From the NCBI GenBank assembly GCA_963734895.1, contig CAVTIN010000003.1, forward strand, positions 67,718-131,717: DNA of 64,000 nt. Direction: 5' to 3'. Shown here piece by piece: positions 37,444 through 46,510 of the stretch. Position 1 is the first letter of the stretch. The number at the start of each line of letters is the position of its first letter. Under the pieces are notes generated by a model. The model saw nothing but the letters and a program-made list of their open reading frames with translations, was not told the DNA's origin and made no database searches. Both the position numbers and the translations under genes were made by a program. Source of the stretch: an uncultured Chloroflexia bacterium. Its GTDB lineage: Bacteria; Chloroflexota; Limnocylindria; Limnocylindrales; CSP1-4.

Positions 37444-39155
37444 CACCGCACCTCCACGCGCACCCGCTCCTTGCCGGTCGCGTCCACGACATGGACCGCG
37501 CAGGCGAGGCACGGATCGAACGAGTGGATCGTGCGGAGCAGCTCCAGCGGCTGCTCCGGGTCCGCGACGGGTGTCCCTTCCAGCGAGGCCTCATACGGCC
37601 CGGCCTGGCCCTGCGCATCGCGGGGTCCGGCGTTCCAAGTGGACGGAACGACCGCCTGGTAGTTCTCGATCTTCTTGTCCTTGATCTTGATCCAGTGGCC
37701 CAGCGCCCCGCGCGGTGCCTCGTGGAAGCCCCAGCCCTCTGCCTCAGCCGGCCATGTGGAGGGATCCCACTTCGCGCCTTCGTGGATGCGGAGGTCGCCG
37801 GAGTCCATGTTGTGGGACAGCTCGTCGAGCCAGCCGTCCATCATGTCCAGCAGGTACACGGTCTCGAGCGCCCGGGCGGCGACCCGGCCGAGCGTCGAGA
37901 ACAGCGCTGCCGGCTGGAGCTTGAGCTCGGTCAGCGCCCCGTTGACGATCTCCTGGATTCGCGCGTTGCCGGCGGCATAGCCGACCAGCATCCGGGCAAG
38001 TGGCCCAACCTCCATCACCTGGCCGTCATAGCGCGGTGACTTCAGCCACGAATACTTCGCTTCGACGTCCAGGGAGTCGTACGGTGGCTGCGGCCCGGTG
38101 TACTTGGGATTCGTCTCGCCCGACCACGGGTGCAGCGCGGCGGAGTCACCCTCGCCGTACTCGTAGTAGGAGTGGGCGATCGCTTCCGTGATCTTGTTCT
38201 GGTCCAGCGGCATCAGGGTGCCCAGGTCGCCGCCCATGACGATCCCGCGATTGAACCCGAACTTGGCCTGCTCGGTCCGATCTCCACCCTGGAGGCCGCC
38301 GTAGGACAGGTAGTTCATGTGCCCGGCACCCAGGCTCCACCATTCGGGGTAGAAGCTGGCCACGGCCTTGACGTCCGGGACGTACACCTGCTCCACGAAG
38401 TCGCGCATCTGCTTGATGCGCTCCGCGATGAACCCGATGCGCTCGAAGTTGACGACGTTGGGCGAATTCGGGTCGACGGCCGCCGCCATCCCGCCCACGA
38501 GGTAGGTCTGCAGGTGGGGGTTCTTCCCACCGAGGACCGCGTGGATCTGGATGACCTCGCGCTGCCACTCGAGGGCCTCGAGATAGTGCGCGACCGCCAG
38601 GAGGTCCGCCTCCGGCGGGAGTCGGTACGCGGGGTGTCCCCAGTACCCGCTGGCAAACAGGCTCAGCTGCCCGGAGTCGACCAGCTTCTGCACCCGGGCC
38701 TTGATCCCCGCGAAGTACTGCTCGGAGCTCTTGCCCCAGGGCGAGATCGACTGCGCGAGCTTCGAGGTCGCCGCAGGGTCGGCCGTCAGCGCACCGGTGA
38801 CGTCCACCCAGTCGAGGGCATGCAGGTGGTAGAAGTGGATGACGTGATCCTGGATGTGCTGGGCGCCGGCGATCAGGTTCCGGATGAGGCGTGCATTGGG
38901 CGGGATCTCGATCCCCAGCGCGTCCTCGACTGCGTACACGGACGCGTGCGCATGGACGGTCGTGCACACGCCGCAGATGCGCTGTGCCCAGATCCAGGCC
39001 TCGCGCGGGTCGCGGCCCTGGAGGATCAGCTCCATCCCGCGAAACATCGTCCCGGACGAGTAGGCGGCCGTGACGGCGCCGTTGTCGACCTGGGCTTCGA
39101 TGCGAAGGTGTCCCTCGATCCGCGTGACGGGATCGATGACGATTCGGTCGGCCAT
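37443..39155 (-). CDS. [NiFe]-hydrogenase large subunit (group 1 type)
   Basis: N-terminal RICGVCTTVH and C-terminal DPCLACAVH metal-binding motifs, followed by a 15-aa tail that fits protease processing. Confidence 0.95.
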   Translation of the reverse strand: MADRIVIDPVTRIEGHLRIEAQVDNGAVTAAYSSGTMFRGMELILQGRDPREAWIWAQRICGVCTTVHAHASVYAVEDALGIEIPPNARLIRNLIAGAQHIQDHVIHFYHLHALDWVDVTGALTADPAATSKLAQSISPWGKSSEQYFAGIKARVQKLVDSGQLSLFASGYWGHPAYRLPPEADLLAVAHYLEALEWQREVIQIHAVLGGKNPHLQTYLVGGMAAAVDPNSPNVVNFERIGFIAERIKQMRDFVEQVYVPDVKAVASFYPEWWSLGAGHMNYLSYGGLQGGDRTEQAKFGFNRGIVMGGDLGTLMPLDQNKITEAIAHSYYEYGEGDSAALHPWSGETNPKYTGPQPPYDSLDVEAKYSWLKSPRYDGQVMEVGPLARMLVGYAAGNARIQEIVNGALTELKLQPAALFSTLGRVAARALETVYLLDMMDGWLDELSHNMDSGDLRIHEGAKWDPSTWPAEAEGWGFHEAPRGALGHWIKIKDKKIENYQAVVPSTWNAGPRDAQGQAGPYEASLEGTPVADPEQPLELLRTIHSFDPCLACAVHVVDATGKERVRVEVR

Positions 39156-39165
39156 CGTCCTCTCC

Positions 39166-40389
39166 TCAGGCGCTCAGGCCGTCGCCATCGGAGGGCGCGG
39201 CGGGGGTGGGCGGGGGCTCGGGTAGCACGGTGCCGTCCGGGCCGACGGTCGCGCGCCGGCCCTCGCGGGCGCGACGGGCGATGACGCCCCCCGCGTGGAC
39301 GGCCGTCCCGACAGCAACGAATCCGACGGCGGCCAGTCCGATGGTCTGAGCATCCACGTCGACGCCCAGCATCTTGACGCCGGGCAGGCGCTCGTAGAAC
39401 GGGCTCATCGCCTCCCAGAACCGGGGCGAGGCACACGCAATGCAGCCGTGCCCGGCGCCGATGGGCCAGTTCGTGCCGTCGTTCCAGCGGACGATCGGAC
39501 AGTTGTAGGTGGCCTGCGGGCCTTTGCAGCCCATCTTGTACAGGCACCAGCCGTTGCGATGTCCCTCGTCTCCCCAGGCCTCGACGAACCGCCCTGCATC
39601 GAAGTGCGCACGTCGCTCGCACTGGTCGTGGATCAGGTGCCCGTAGGCGAACAGGGGACGCTTGTACGAGTCGAGCGCGGGCGGGGCACCGAAGGTCAGG
39701 TAGTGGACGATGGTCGCCGCCGTGTTCGCCACGTTGTGGGGGCAGCCGCCGAGGTTGATCAGCGGCTTGTCGCCGATGATCTCGCCGACGCCCACGGCAC
39801 CGGTCGGACCGAGGCGCGGGAAGCCGCCGTCCCAGGCACACGCCCCGACCGCGATCACGAGCGCCGCGTTGGTCGCCATGTCACGCAGGATGTCGATCGC
39901 CGTGCGGCCGCCGATGGTGCAGTAGATCCCGTTCTCCGCCGTGGGGATCGAGCCCTCGACGATGAGCACGTACGGGTCTGACCCGTTCTTGACCCGTTGG
40001 AGGACGGCCTCGGCCTGGTGCCCGGCGCCGGCCATGATCGTCTCGTGGTACTCCCACGAGAGCACGTCGAGGACGACGTCTGCGACCGCGGGGTGGCTGC
40101 TGCGCAGCATCGATTCCGTGTTGCCGGCGCAGTCCTGGAACTCGAGCCACACCACGACCGGCTTGCGCTGGGTCTCGAGCGCCTTGACGATCCTGGGCGT
40201 CATCGTCGACGGGAGCGCCAGCAGCGCCGTCATCGCCGATGCGAAGCCGAGGAATCGGCGGCGGCTGATCCCGCGGTCTGCAAGCGCCGTCGCAAGCCAG
40301 CCGTCCGACTTGCTGGCCACGCGGGGCGGCGTGGGGTCCTCGCTCGCTCGGGGGGCCGGGCTCACCTGGAACCCGCCGACATCGCCCAT
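39166..40389 (-). CDS. [NiFe]-hydrogenase small subunit with a Tat signal and a C-terminal membrane anchor
   Basis: Twin-arginine motif ISRRRFLGF. Fe-S ligand motifs (GACAWDGG, GGCPHN, HDQCERRAHFDAG, CLYKMGCKGP, GHGCIAC). ATG 40389 is preceded by GGGAGGAGAG. Confidence 0.9.
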   Translation of the reverse strand: MGDVGGFQVSPAPRASEDPTPPRVASKSDGWLATALADRGISRRRFLGFASAMTALLALPSTMTPRIVKALETQRKPVVVWLEFQDCAGNTESMLRSSHPAVADVVLDVLSWEYHETIMAGAGHQAEAVLQRVKNGSDPYVLIVEGSIPTAENGIYCTIGGRTAIDILRDMATNAALVIAVGACAWDGGFPRLGPTGAVGVGEIIGDKPLINLGGCPHNVANTAATIVHYLTFGAPPALDSYKRPLFAYGHLIHDQCERRAHFDAGRFVEAWGDEGHRNGWCLYKMGCKGPQATYNCPIVRWNDGTNWPIGAGHGCIACASPRFWEAMSPFYERLPGVKMLGVDVDAQTIGLAAVGFVAVGTAVHAGGVIARRAREGRRATVGPDGTVLPEPPPTPAAPSDGDGLSA

Positions 40390-40689
40390 GGTCGTCTCTC
40401 CTCCCGGCGCTGCTCGATCAGGACGGACGCTCGCCCGCGCCACCGACCGTGCCCGGCGGCACAAGGCAGGCGGTCGCCCTCAGATCGCCGCGCCGGTGGT
40501 CGCCGGATGGGGAGACAATCGGGACCTAACGGCCCATGACACAGGGCCGATCGGGACGCCGTACACGGGCCGAACGTCCCGCAGCCTCCAATCCGTCGCG
40601 GGCCCTTGGTGCCGGCGGCTCCGGGCCCGTCCGCGGCAGGCCGAGTGACCTGGCGGCGCGCGACAGGTCCACGCGGTACCCTCGGCCCG

Positions 40690-42132
40690 ATGCGCGATCT
40701 CACAGGCCGTGCCCTCGACACGGCGACCACCCTGGGCGCGACGTACGCCGACGTGCGCGTGGTCCGGCGCCTCGAGGAGTCGATCAACGTCAAGTCGGCT
40801 CGCGTGGAGGGCGTGTCCTCGGGCGAGAGCGAGGGATTCGGGGTCCGCGTCATCGTGGACGGCGCGTGGGGCTTCGCTGCCAGCCACCACCTGAGCACGG
40901 GTGAAGCGGATCGGGTCGCGACGGCAGCCGTCCGGATCGCCAGGGCGAGCGCGACCGCCATCCGGAACCCGGTCCGTCTGGACGATCGCCCCCCGGCCCG
41001 CGGGAGCTTCGAGACACAGGTGCAGGAGGACCCGTTCGCGGTTCCCCTGGATGAGAAGATCGGACACCTCCTGGCTGCCGATCGGGCCATGAGCGCGGTC
41101 AAGGGGATCGCGTTCACCGACTCGATGTACGCGGCGCAGCGCGAGTGGAAGACCTTCGCCGCCTCCGACGGCAGCTACACCGAGCAGGTCATCACCCACA
41201 TCGGCAGCGGCCTCGAAGCGAACGCCATCGCGGGCGACGAACACCAGCGCCGCAGCTATCCGGACAACGGCGGCCTGTGGGGGTCCGCGGGCTACGAGTT
41301 CATCCGCGCGATGGACCTCGAGGCGAACGCCGAGCGCGTCGCTAGCGAGGCCGTCGAGCTGCTGAGCGCGCCGCCGCTGCCGGCCGGGACGCGGACGATC
41401 CTGCTCCACCCCAGCCAGCTGTACATGCAGGTCCACGAGAGCTGCGGCCATCCGACCGAGCTCGACCGGGCATTCGGCACCGAGGCCAGCTACGCCGGGA
41501 CGAGCTTCCTGACGCCGGACCTCCTGGGCAGCTTCCGCTACGGCTCCGACCTGTGCGACATCGTCGCCGACGCCACCGTTCCCGGCGGCCTGGGCACGTT
41601 CGGATGGGACGACGAAGGCGTCGTCGCCCAGCAGGTGCCGCTGATCAAGGAGGGCATGTTCGTCGGATATCTCAGCTCCCGTGAGACCGCTCCACGAATC
41701 GGACGCCAGTCCGGTGGTGCCATGCGGGCCGACGGATGGAACCGGATCCCGCTCATCCGGATGACCAACGTCAACCTGCTGCCCAAGCCGGGGATGAGCT
41801 TCGAGGACATCGTCGCGGATACCGACGACGGGATCATGTTCGAGACGAACCGCAGCTGGTCGATCGACGATCGCCGTCTCAACTTCCAGTTCGGCACCGA
41901 GGTCTGCCGCGAGATCAAGGGCGGCAAGCCGGGCCGGCTGTACCGCAACGGCACCTACACCGGCATCACCTACGAGCTGTGGCGGTCGATGGACGCCGTC
42001 GGCGACGCCAGCTCCTGGCGGATGTGGGGCACCCCCAACTGCGGCAAGGGCGAGCCGCCACAGACCGGCCACGTCGGCCACGGCGTCTCAGGCGCGCGGT
42101 TCCGCAACGTGCGGGTGGGGGTGATGGGATGA
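40690..42132 (+). CDS. tldD: TldD-family metalloprotease component
   Basis: TldD/PmbA fold with the HESCGHPTE metal motif. Trimmed to ATG 40690. Confidence 0.85.
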   Translation: MRDLTGRALDTATTLGATYADVRVVRRLEESINVKSARVEGVSSGESEGFGVRVIVDGAWGFAASHHLSTGEADRVATAAVRIARASATAIRNPVRLDDRPPARGSFETQVQEDPFAVPLDEKIGHLLAADRAMSAVKGIAFTDSMYAAQREWKTFAASDGSYTEQVITHIGSGLEANAIAGDEHQRRSYPDNGGLWGSAGYEFIRAMDLEANAERVASEAVELLSAPPLPAGTRTILLHPSQLYMQVHESCGHPTELDRAFGTEASYAGTSFLTPDLLGSFRYGSDLCDIVADATVPGGLGTFGWDDEGVVAQQVPLIKEGMFVGYLSSRETAPRIGRQSGGAMRADGWNRIPLIRMTNVNLLPKPGMSFEDIVADTDDGIMFETNRSWSIDDRRLNFQFGTEVCREIKGGKPGRLYRNGTYTGITYELWRSMDAVGDASSWRMWGTPNCGKGEPPQTGHVGHGVSGARFRNVRVGVMG

Positions 42133-43499
42133 GCGAGCGGCACGGGATCGGCGGCGACGCTGCCGAGGCGCTTCGCCTGGCGGAGCTCGTGGTCGAGATG
42201 TCATCGAAGGCCGGAGCGACCGAGGCCGAGGCGCTGGTCGCGTCGGGCGAGTCCTCGCTCACCCGGTTCGCCAACTCGGAGATCCACCAGAACGTCAGCA
42301 GCGACGAGGTCCTCGTCAACCTGCGCTTCGTGCGCGGACGTCGCGTTGGCGTGGCGTCGACGGGACGGACCGATTCCGAGGGGCTGCACGCCCTCGTGGA
42401 GCGAGCGACGGCCATCGCCACCAACGTCGCCGAGCTCGAGGACTGGGCCGGTCTCCCCGATGGCGGGAGCGTGCTGCCGCTCGACATCGCCTGGTCGGAC
42501 GGCACGGCAGACGCCACGCCGGAGCTCCGCGCCGCCGGGGCCAGGGAGGTGATCGCCGCCGCGGACCATGCCGGTGTCACGGCCTTCGGGTCGTTCTCGA
42601 CCGACATCGAGGCGATCGCGGTCGCCAGCTCGCGGGGGATCCGCGCCGCGGAGCGCCGGACCAGCTCCCAGCTGCTCACGGTGACGATGGGGCCCGACAA
42701 CGGCACGGGGTACGCGGAGCAGTGCTCGGTCGACGCCGGCGCGATCGATGCGGCCGCGATCGGGCGCGAGGCCGCCGAGCGGGCACGGGCGAGCGCGAAC
42801 CCGATCGCCCTTGACCCCGGCGACTACCCGGTCGTCCTGCACCACTATGCGGTCGTGGACCTGCTGGACATGCTCGGGTACCTGGGCTTCTCCGCGCTTG
42901 CCGTCCAGGAAGACCGATCGTTCTTCAAGGCTGGCGAGCAGGTCGGGTCGAAGCTGGTGACGATCACCGATGACGGGCGCGACCCGGCGGGCCTGCCGGC
43001 CGGGTTCGATGCCGAAGGCGTGCCCAAGCAGCGGCTCGCGCTCCTCGATGCGGGCGTGTGCCGTGACCTCGCGTTCGACCAGCAGACCGCCGCGCGCGCC
43101 GGCCGATCGTCGACGGGCCATGGGCTTCCGGCCCCCAACCCGTACGGCCCGTTTCCGACCAACATGGTGATGGCCGCGGGGGACGCCGGCTTCGACGATC
43201 TCGTCGGAGGGATCGATCGCGGCCTGCTCGTGACCCGGTTCCACTACACGAACCCCGTCTACCCGAAGCGCGTCGTGATCACGGGCATGACCCGCGACGG
43301 CACCTTCCTGGTCGAGGACGGCAAGCTCGTCGGTGCGGTCCGGAACCTGCGGTTCACGATGTCGTATCTCGACGCCCTGGCCAACGTGGAGGCTGTGGGA
43401 CGCGAGCGCCGGTGCCTGCGCGGCATGCTCGGCGGCAGCGTCGTGCCCTCGCTCCGGCTGTCGTCGTTCTCGTTCACCGGCGCGACGGCCGAGGGATAG
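42129..43499 (+). CDS. pmbA: PmbA/TldE-family protein
   Basis: It is paralogous to tldD and lacks the HExxxH motif. Its ATG overlaps the tldD stop (ATGA at 42129-42132). Confidence 0.8.
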   Translation: MSERHGIGGDAAEALRLAELVVEMSSKAGATEAEALVASGESSLTRFANSEIHQNVSSDEVLVNLRFVRGRRVGVASTGRTDSEGLHALVERATAIATNVAELEDWAGLPDGGSVLPLDIAWSDGTADATPELRAAGAREVIAAADHAGVTAFGSFSTDIEAIAVASSRGIRAAERRTSSQLLTVTMGPDNGTGYAEQCSVDAGAIDAAAIGREAAERARASANPIALDPGDYPVVLHHYAVVDLLDMLGYLGFSALAVQEDRSFFKAGEQVGSKLVTITDDGRDPAGLPAGFDAEGVPKQRLALLDAGVCRDLAFDQQTAARAGRSSTGHGLPAPNPYGPFPTNMVMAAGDAGFDDLVGGIDRGLLVTRFHYTNPVYPKRVVITGMTRDGTFLVEDGKLVGAVRNLRFTMSYLDALANVEAVGRERRCLRGMLGGSVVPSLRLSSFSFTGATAEG

Positions 43500-43507
43500 G
43501 GAGCCGG

Positions 43508-43801
43508 ATGGGCATCGGCGACGCACGAGCGGCGGACCTGACGGTGTTCGTCGACACGGATGCCTCGATCACCGTCGATGTCGGGTCGCGGTTCGTGCCG
43601 GTGGGCAACGAAGATCTTGAGCGGATCCTGGACCGCCTCGCAGCCGACGGGGGCACGCTGCGGCTGCTGGGTGCCCCCGATCGGGCCGATGACGGAGATG
43701 AGCCGCCCGACCGCGAGAGCGACCCCGCGGTGGGGGCCGCGTCGTACGTGCTCGCCCTCGCCCATGCGCGTGGGCTCCAGGTGATCCGCGAGGACCGCTG
43801 A
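43508..43801 (+). CDS. hypothetical protein
   Basis: ATG 43508 (MGIGDARAADLTVFVDTD..), 97 aa, with no recognisable motif. Confidence 0.45.
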   Translation: MGIGDARAADLTVFVDTDASITVDVGSRFVPVGNEDLERILDRLAADGGTLRLLGAPDRADDGDEPPDRESDPAVGAASYVLALAHARGLQVIREDR

Positions 43802-43802
43802 C

Positions 43803-44254
43803 ATGGCGCCGAAGGCAGCATCCGCTCGCGCCTTGCCCGGCGCTTCGATCCCGTCGAGCTGCGGGCCATCAAGCGCCTGTGGATCCGGCACTCGATCGCG
43901 GAGGATGCCCGGGACATCGATGGGCTGATCGCGACGCTGGCCCCCGATTGCGTCTACGAGATGGTGCCGACGGGCCAGCGCTGGGAGGGGCACGAGGGGG
44001 CGCGGGCGTTCTACACGGAGCTGTTCGCGGCGTTCCCGGACAACCGGTTCGGGCTGACCGACATCGTGGTCGGTCCGCAGGGCGTGTTCGAGGCCGCGCA
44101 GCTGACGGGCACCAACCTCGGCCCGTGGGCGGGCGTACCGGCCTCCGGCCTGCCGGTCAGCCTGGGCGTGCTGATCCTGTTCCCGTGGGATCCGGCCACC
44201 AGGCTGTTCCGCGGCGAGCGGATCTGGTTCGATCGGGGCGCCGTCGGCGGCTGA
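43803..44254 (+). CDS. SnoaL/NTF2-like (ester-cyclase-like) protein, apparently interrupted by a 1-nt deletion near 43836-43841
   Basis: The conserved frame (..FDPVELRAIKRLWIRHSIAEDARDIDGLIATLAPDCVYEMV..) opens at 43802 but has no ATG, GTG or TTG before 43961. ATG 43803 is in another frame. 452 nt plus 1 gives 151 codons. Confidence 0.6.
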
Positions 44255-44292
44255 GACGTCGGCCGCACGCCGGGGCGCCGCGGGTCGCGGCG

Positions 44293-44336
44293 GTCACGGC
44301 GCGCCTCGTAACGTTCTCCGAACGGAACGGGTCCAG
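44293..44336 (+). promoter_or_regulatory. heptamer-repeat element upstream of paralog P1
   Basis: GTCACGG 44293, GTAACGT 44308, CGAACGG 44319 and GGAACGG 44324, followed by CAGAAT (44334-44339) 9 nt before the ATG. 28 of 39 ungapped positions are identical to the P2 upstream block. Confidence 0.5.
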
Positions 44337-44348
44337 AATGCGGAATCG

Positions 44349-45590
44349 ATGACCAGCTCCGTTCGAAACCGCTCGACGACGCCAGCTTTCCCGACGGCCG
44401 CGGAGACAGGTCGTTCGCTTCCCCTACCCGGCCGGATCATCGTTGTGCTGGTGGCCGCGGGCGCCGTCGTCGTCGGCGCACCCAGCGGTGTCGGGCTGCT
44501 GTGGGCGGTCCCGTACGGGGCCGTGGCGACGATCCTGATCGTCCGGAGACCACGACACGCGATCGGCTGGATCCTGCTCGTGCTGGGATGGATGTTCCCG
44601 CTCGCGTCCGCCACGCTCGATATGACGCCGGCCCAGTTCTCAGGTGGCTCCCTGACACCGCTGACAGCGGTCGCGGGCTGGCTCATCGCCACCGCCGGGT
44701 CCGCAGGGTTCGTGCTCTTTGCGACGCTGATGTTCACCTTTCCCTCCGGGCGCTACCCGGGGGGCCGATGGCGCTTCCTGGCGCCCGCGCTGCTCGCCAT
44801 CGCGTCGGCGACAGTCCTGGTCTCGGCGCTCGCGCCGAGGATCAATGTGGGCTTTCAGGGCAACCAGACGAGCGTGTCCGTCGCCAACCCGTTCGCGATC
44901 ACGCCCGGGGCCGCGATCTGGAACGGGATCCCATACGAGCTGAGCTTCATCGTCCAGATCGCCGTCATGGCGATCGCTGCCATCTCGCTCGCGAACCAAT
45001 TCGGTGGGACCAGTGGGATCGAGCGCCAGCAGCTTCGATGGGTCGCCGCCGCGCTCGGCTTCGTCGTGCTCGCCGTGCTCGGCGGCCTGGCACTCGGCGG
45101 GATCTTCCCGGACCTGAGCTCAACGGGCTTCATCTGGATCCCTGCGATGCTGGCCTTCGCGTCAGTTCCCATCGCGGTGGGCGTCGCGATCATGCGCTAC
45201 CGGCTGTACGAGATCGACCGGATCATCAGCCGGACGCTCGGTTGGACCGTCACCACGATCGTCGTGGCGGCGGCCTTCGGCGGCCTGATCGTTGGTCTGC
45301 AGGCGGCGCTCGCGCCGTACACGAGCGAGAGCACCCTCGCGGTCGCGCTCTCGACGCTCATCGCGGCGGCCCTGTTCGGGCGCGTGCATCGCGGCATCCA
45401 GGCGACCGTGGACCGTCGGTTCAACCGGACCCGGGTGGATGCGCAGCGGGCCCTCGACGCGTTCGGCAGCGGGCTGCGCGACGTGACGGCCCTGGACGCG
45501 GTCCATGCCCGCCTCGAGGACACGATCCGGGCGACGGTCCAGCCGCGGGTCGTCGGCGTCTGGACGCGCGCCGGCGGGCCCGGGGAGTAG
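44349..45590 (+). CDS. paralog P1 of a ~10-TM membrane protein family with a conserved C-terminal RYRLYxIDR / VDRRFNR module
   Basis: Motifs RRPRHAIGWILL, FPSGRYPGGRWR, IERQQLRW, MRYRLYEIDRIISRT and VDRRFNRTRVD. Confidence 0.8.
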   Translation: MTSSVRNRSTTPAFPTAAETGRSLPLPGRIIVVLVAAGAVVVGAPSGVGLLWAVPYGAVATILIVRRPRHAIGWILLVLGWMFPLASATLDMTPAQFSGGSLTPLTAVAGWLIATAGSAGFVLFATLMFTFPSGRYPGGRWRFLAPALLAIASATVLVSALAPRINVGFQGNQTSVSVANPFAITPGAAIWNGIPYELSFIVQIAVMAIAAISLANQFGGTSGIERQQLRWVAAALGFVVLAVLGGLALGGIFPDLSSTGFIWIPAMLAFASVPIAVGVAIMRYRLYEIDRIISRTLGWTVTTIVVAAAFGGLIVGLQAALAPYTSESTLAVALSTLIAAALFGRVHRGIQATVDRRFNRTRVDAQRALDAFGSGLRDVTALDAVHARLEDTIRATVQPRVVGVWTRAGGPGE

Positions 45591-45732
45591 GGCGGGCCGC
45601 GTTCGCCCAGTCGGGGTGCCCCAGGCTGACCACGTAACAGGCAGGAACGGCATCGCGACCGGCGACCTGTGGCGAGCCGGTCGCGATGATTGAGGGAGGG
45701 ATACCCGGGCGTCCCCGGCATGGGTGGACGCG

Positions 45733-46377
45733 TCAGTGGCGGCCGCTCATGAACGTGCCGTTGACCTGGTCGGTTGCCCGCTGGGTCACCTGGTCCTTCA
45801 TCGCATCGGCCTGGGCCTGGGTGATGGTCCCGGCGGTGACCTTGGCGGCGAGCTCGTCGAGCCCGTCCTGGACGAGGGCGTCGATGACCTTCTGCGTGTC
45901 GACGTTGTTGGCCTTCGCCACGTCGGCGATCGTCTGGCCATTCTGGAGCGCGGTGTTGAGGTCGGCCTCGGTGATCCCGATCGCCCTGGCGACGACCGAG
46001 GCATCGCTCACGGCTTCGTCGTGGCCGAAGCCGCCGGGGCCACGGTCAGGACCGTCGGGTCCGCGGTGATCGCGGCCGGGTCCGCGGTGATCGCCACCGG
46101 GACCGCCCGCGTCGCCATCGGCCGGCGGATTACCGCTTGCCGTCGGCGCGTTTGGTGTGGCAGGACTGGGCGACGCGGCGTCGGCCGCGAGCGGTCCGAC
46201 GAGCGCGGCCGCGGCAAGGCCGCCGGCGACGATCGTCCCGATCGCGGCGAACCTGAGGTTTCGCCGGCGGCCGGGGCCGGGCGTCACGGACCTACCGGAT
46301 GGCGCCATGGTGGGGCCATTTGACGTCCCTTCTTCGGCAGGCGCGAAGGGCGCCAGGATCTCGTCGTCTCGGGTCAT
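45733..46377 (-). CDS. secreted or membrane-anchored helical-repeat protein (tentatively YckD/DUF2680-like)
   Basis: ATG 46377 (MTRDDEIL). TM/signal anchor LRFAAIGTIVAGGLAAAALVG. Gly/Pro/Arg linker. A tail, GTITQAQADAMKDQVTQRATDQVNG, resembles the YckD-type TxxQA..K repeats. Confidence 0.55.
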   Translation of the reverse strand: MTRDDEILAPFAPAEEGTSNGPTMAPSGRSVTPGPGRRRNLRFAAIGTIVAGGLAAAALVGPLAADAASPSPATPNAPTASGNPPADGDAGGPGGDHRGPGRDHRGPDGPDRGPGGFGHDEAVSDASVVARAIGITEADLNTALQNGQTIADVAKANNVDTQKVIDALVQDGLDELAAKVTAGTITQAQADAMKDQVTQRATDQVNGTFMSGRH

Positions 46378-46510
46378 GGATGGTTCCTTCGAGGTCCGGC
46401 CGGCAGCTGCCGGGTCTGCGGGACGCAGGGTTGCGATCCACGCCCCGGACTCTGGGGCGTCCATCCTTTCGATCCCGTGACGAGCCCGGACGCACTGCCG
46501 AGGGAGCGCC

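Noticed and set aside
46040-46100. A 21-bp tandem duplication (GGGTCCGCGGTGATCGC x2) inside the 214-aa secreted protein gene.
   Set aside because: It simply encodes the low-complexity linker GPGRDHRGPG/DHRGPDGP. It is in frame and unremarkable.
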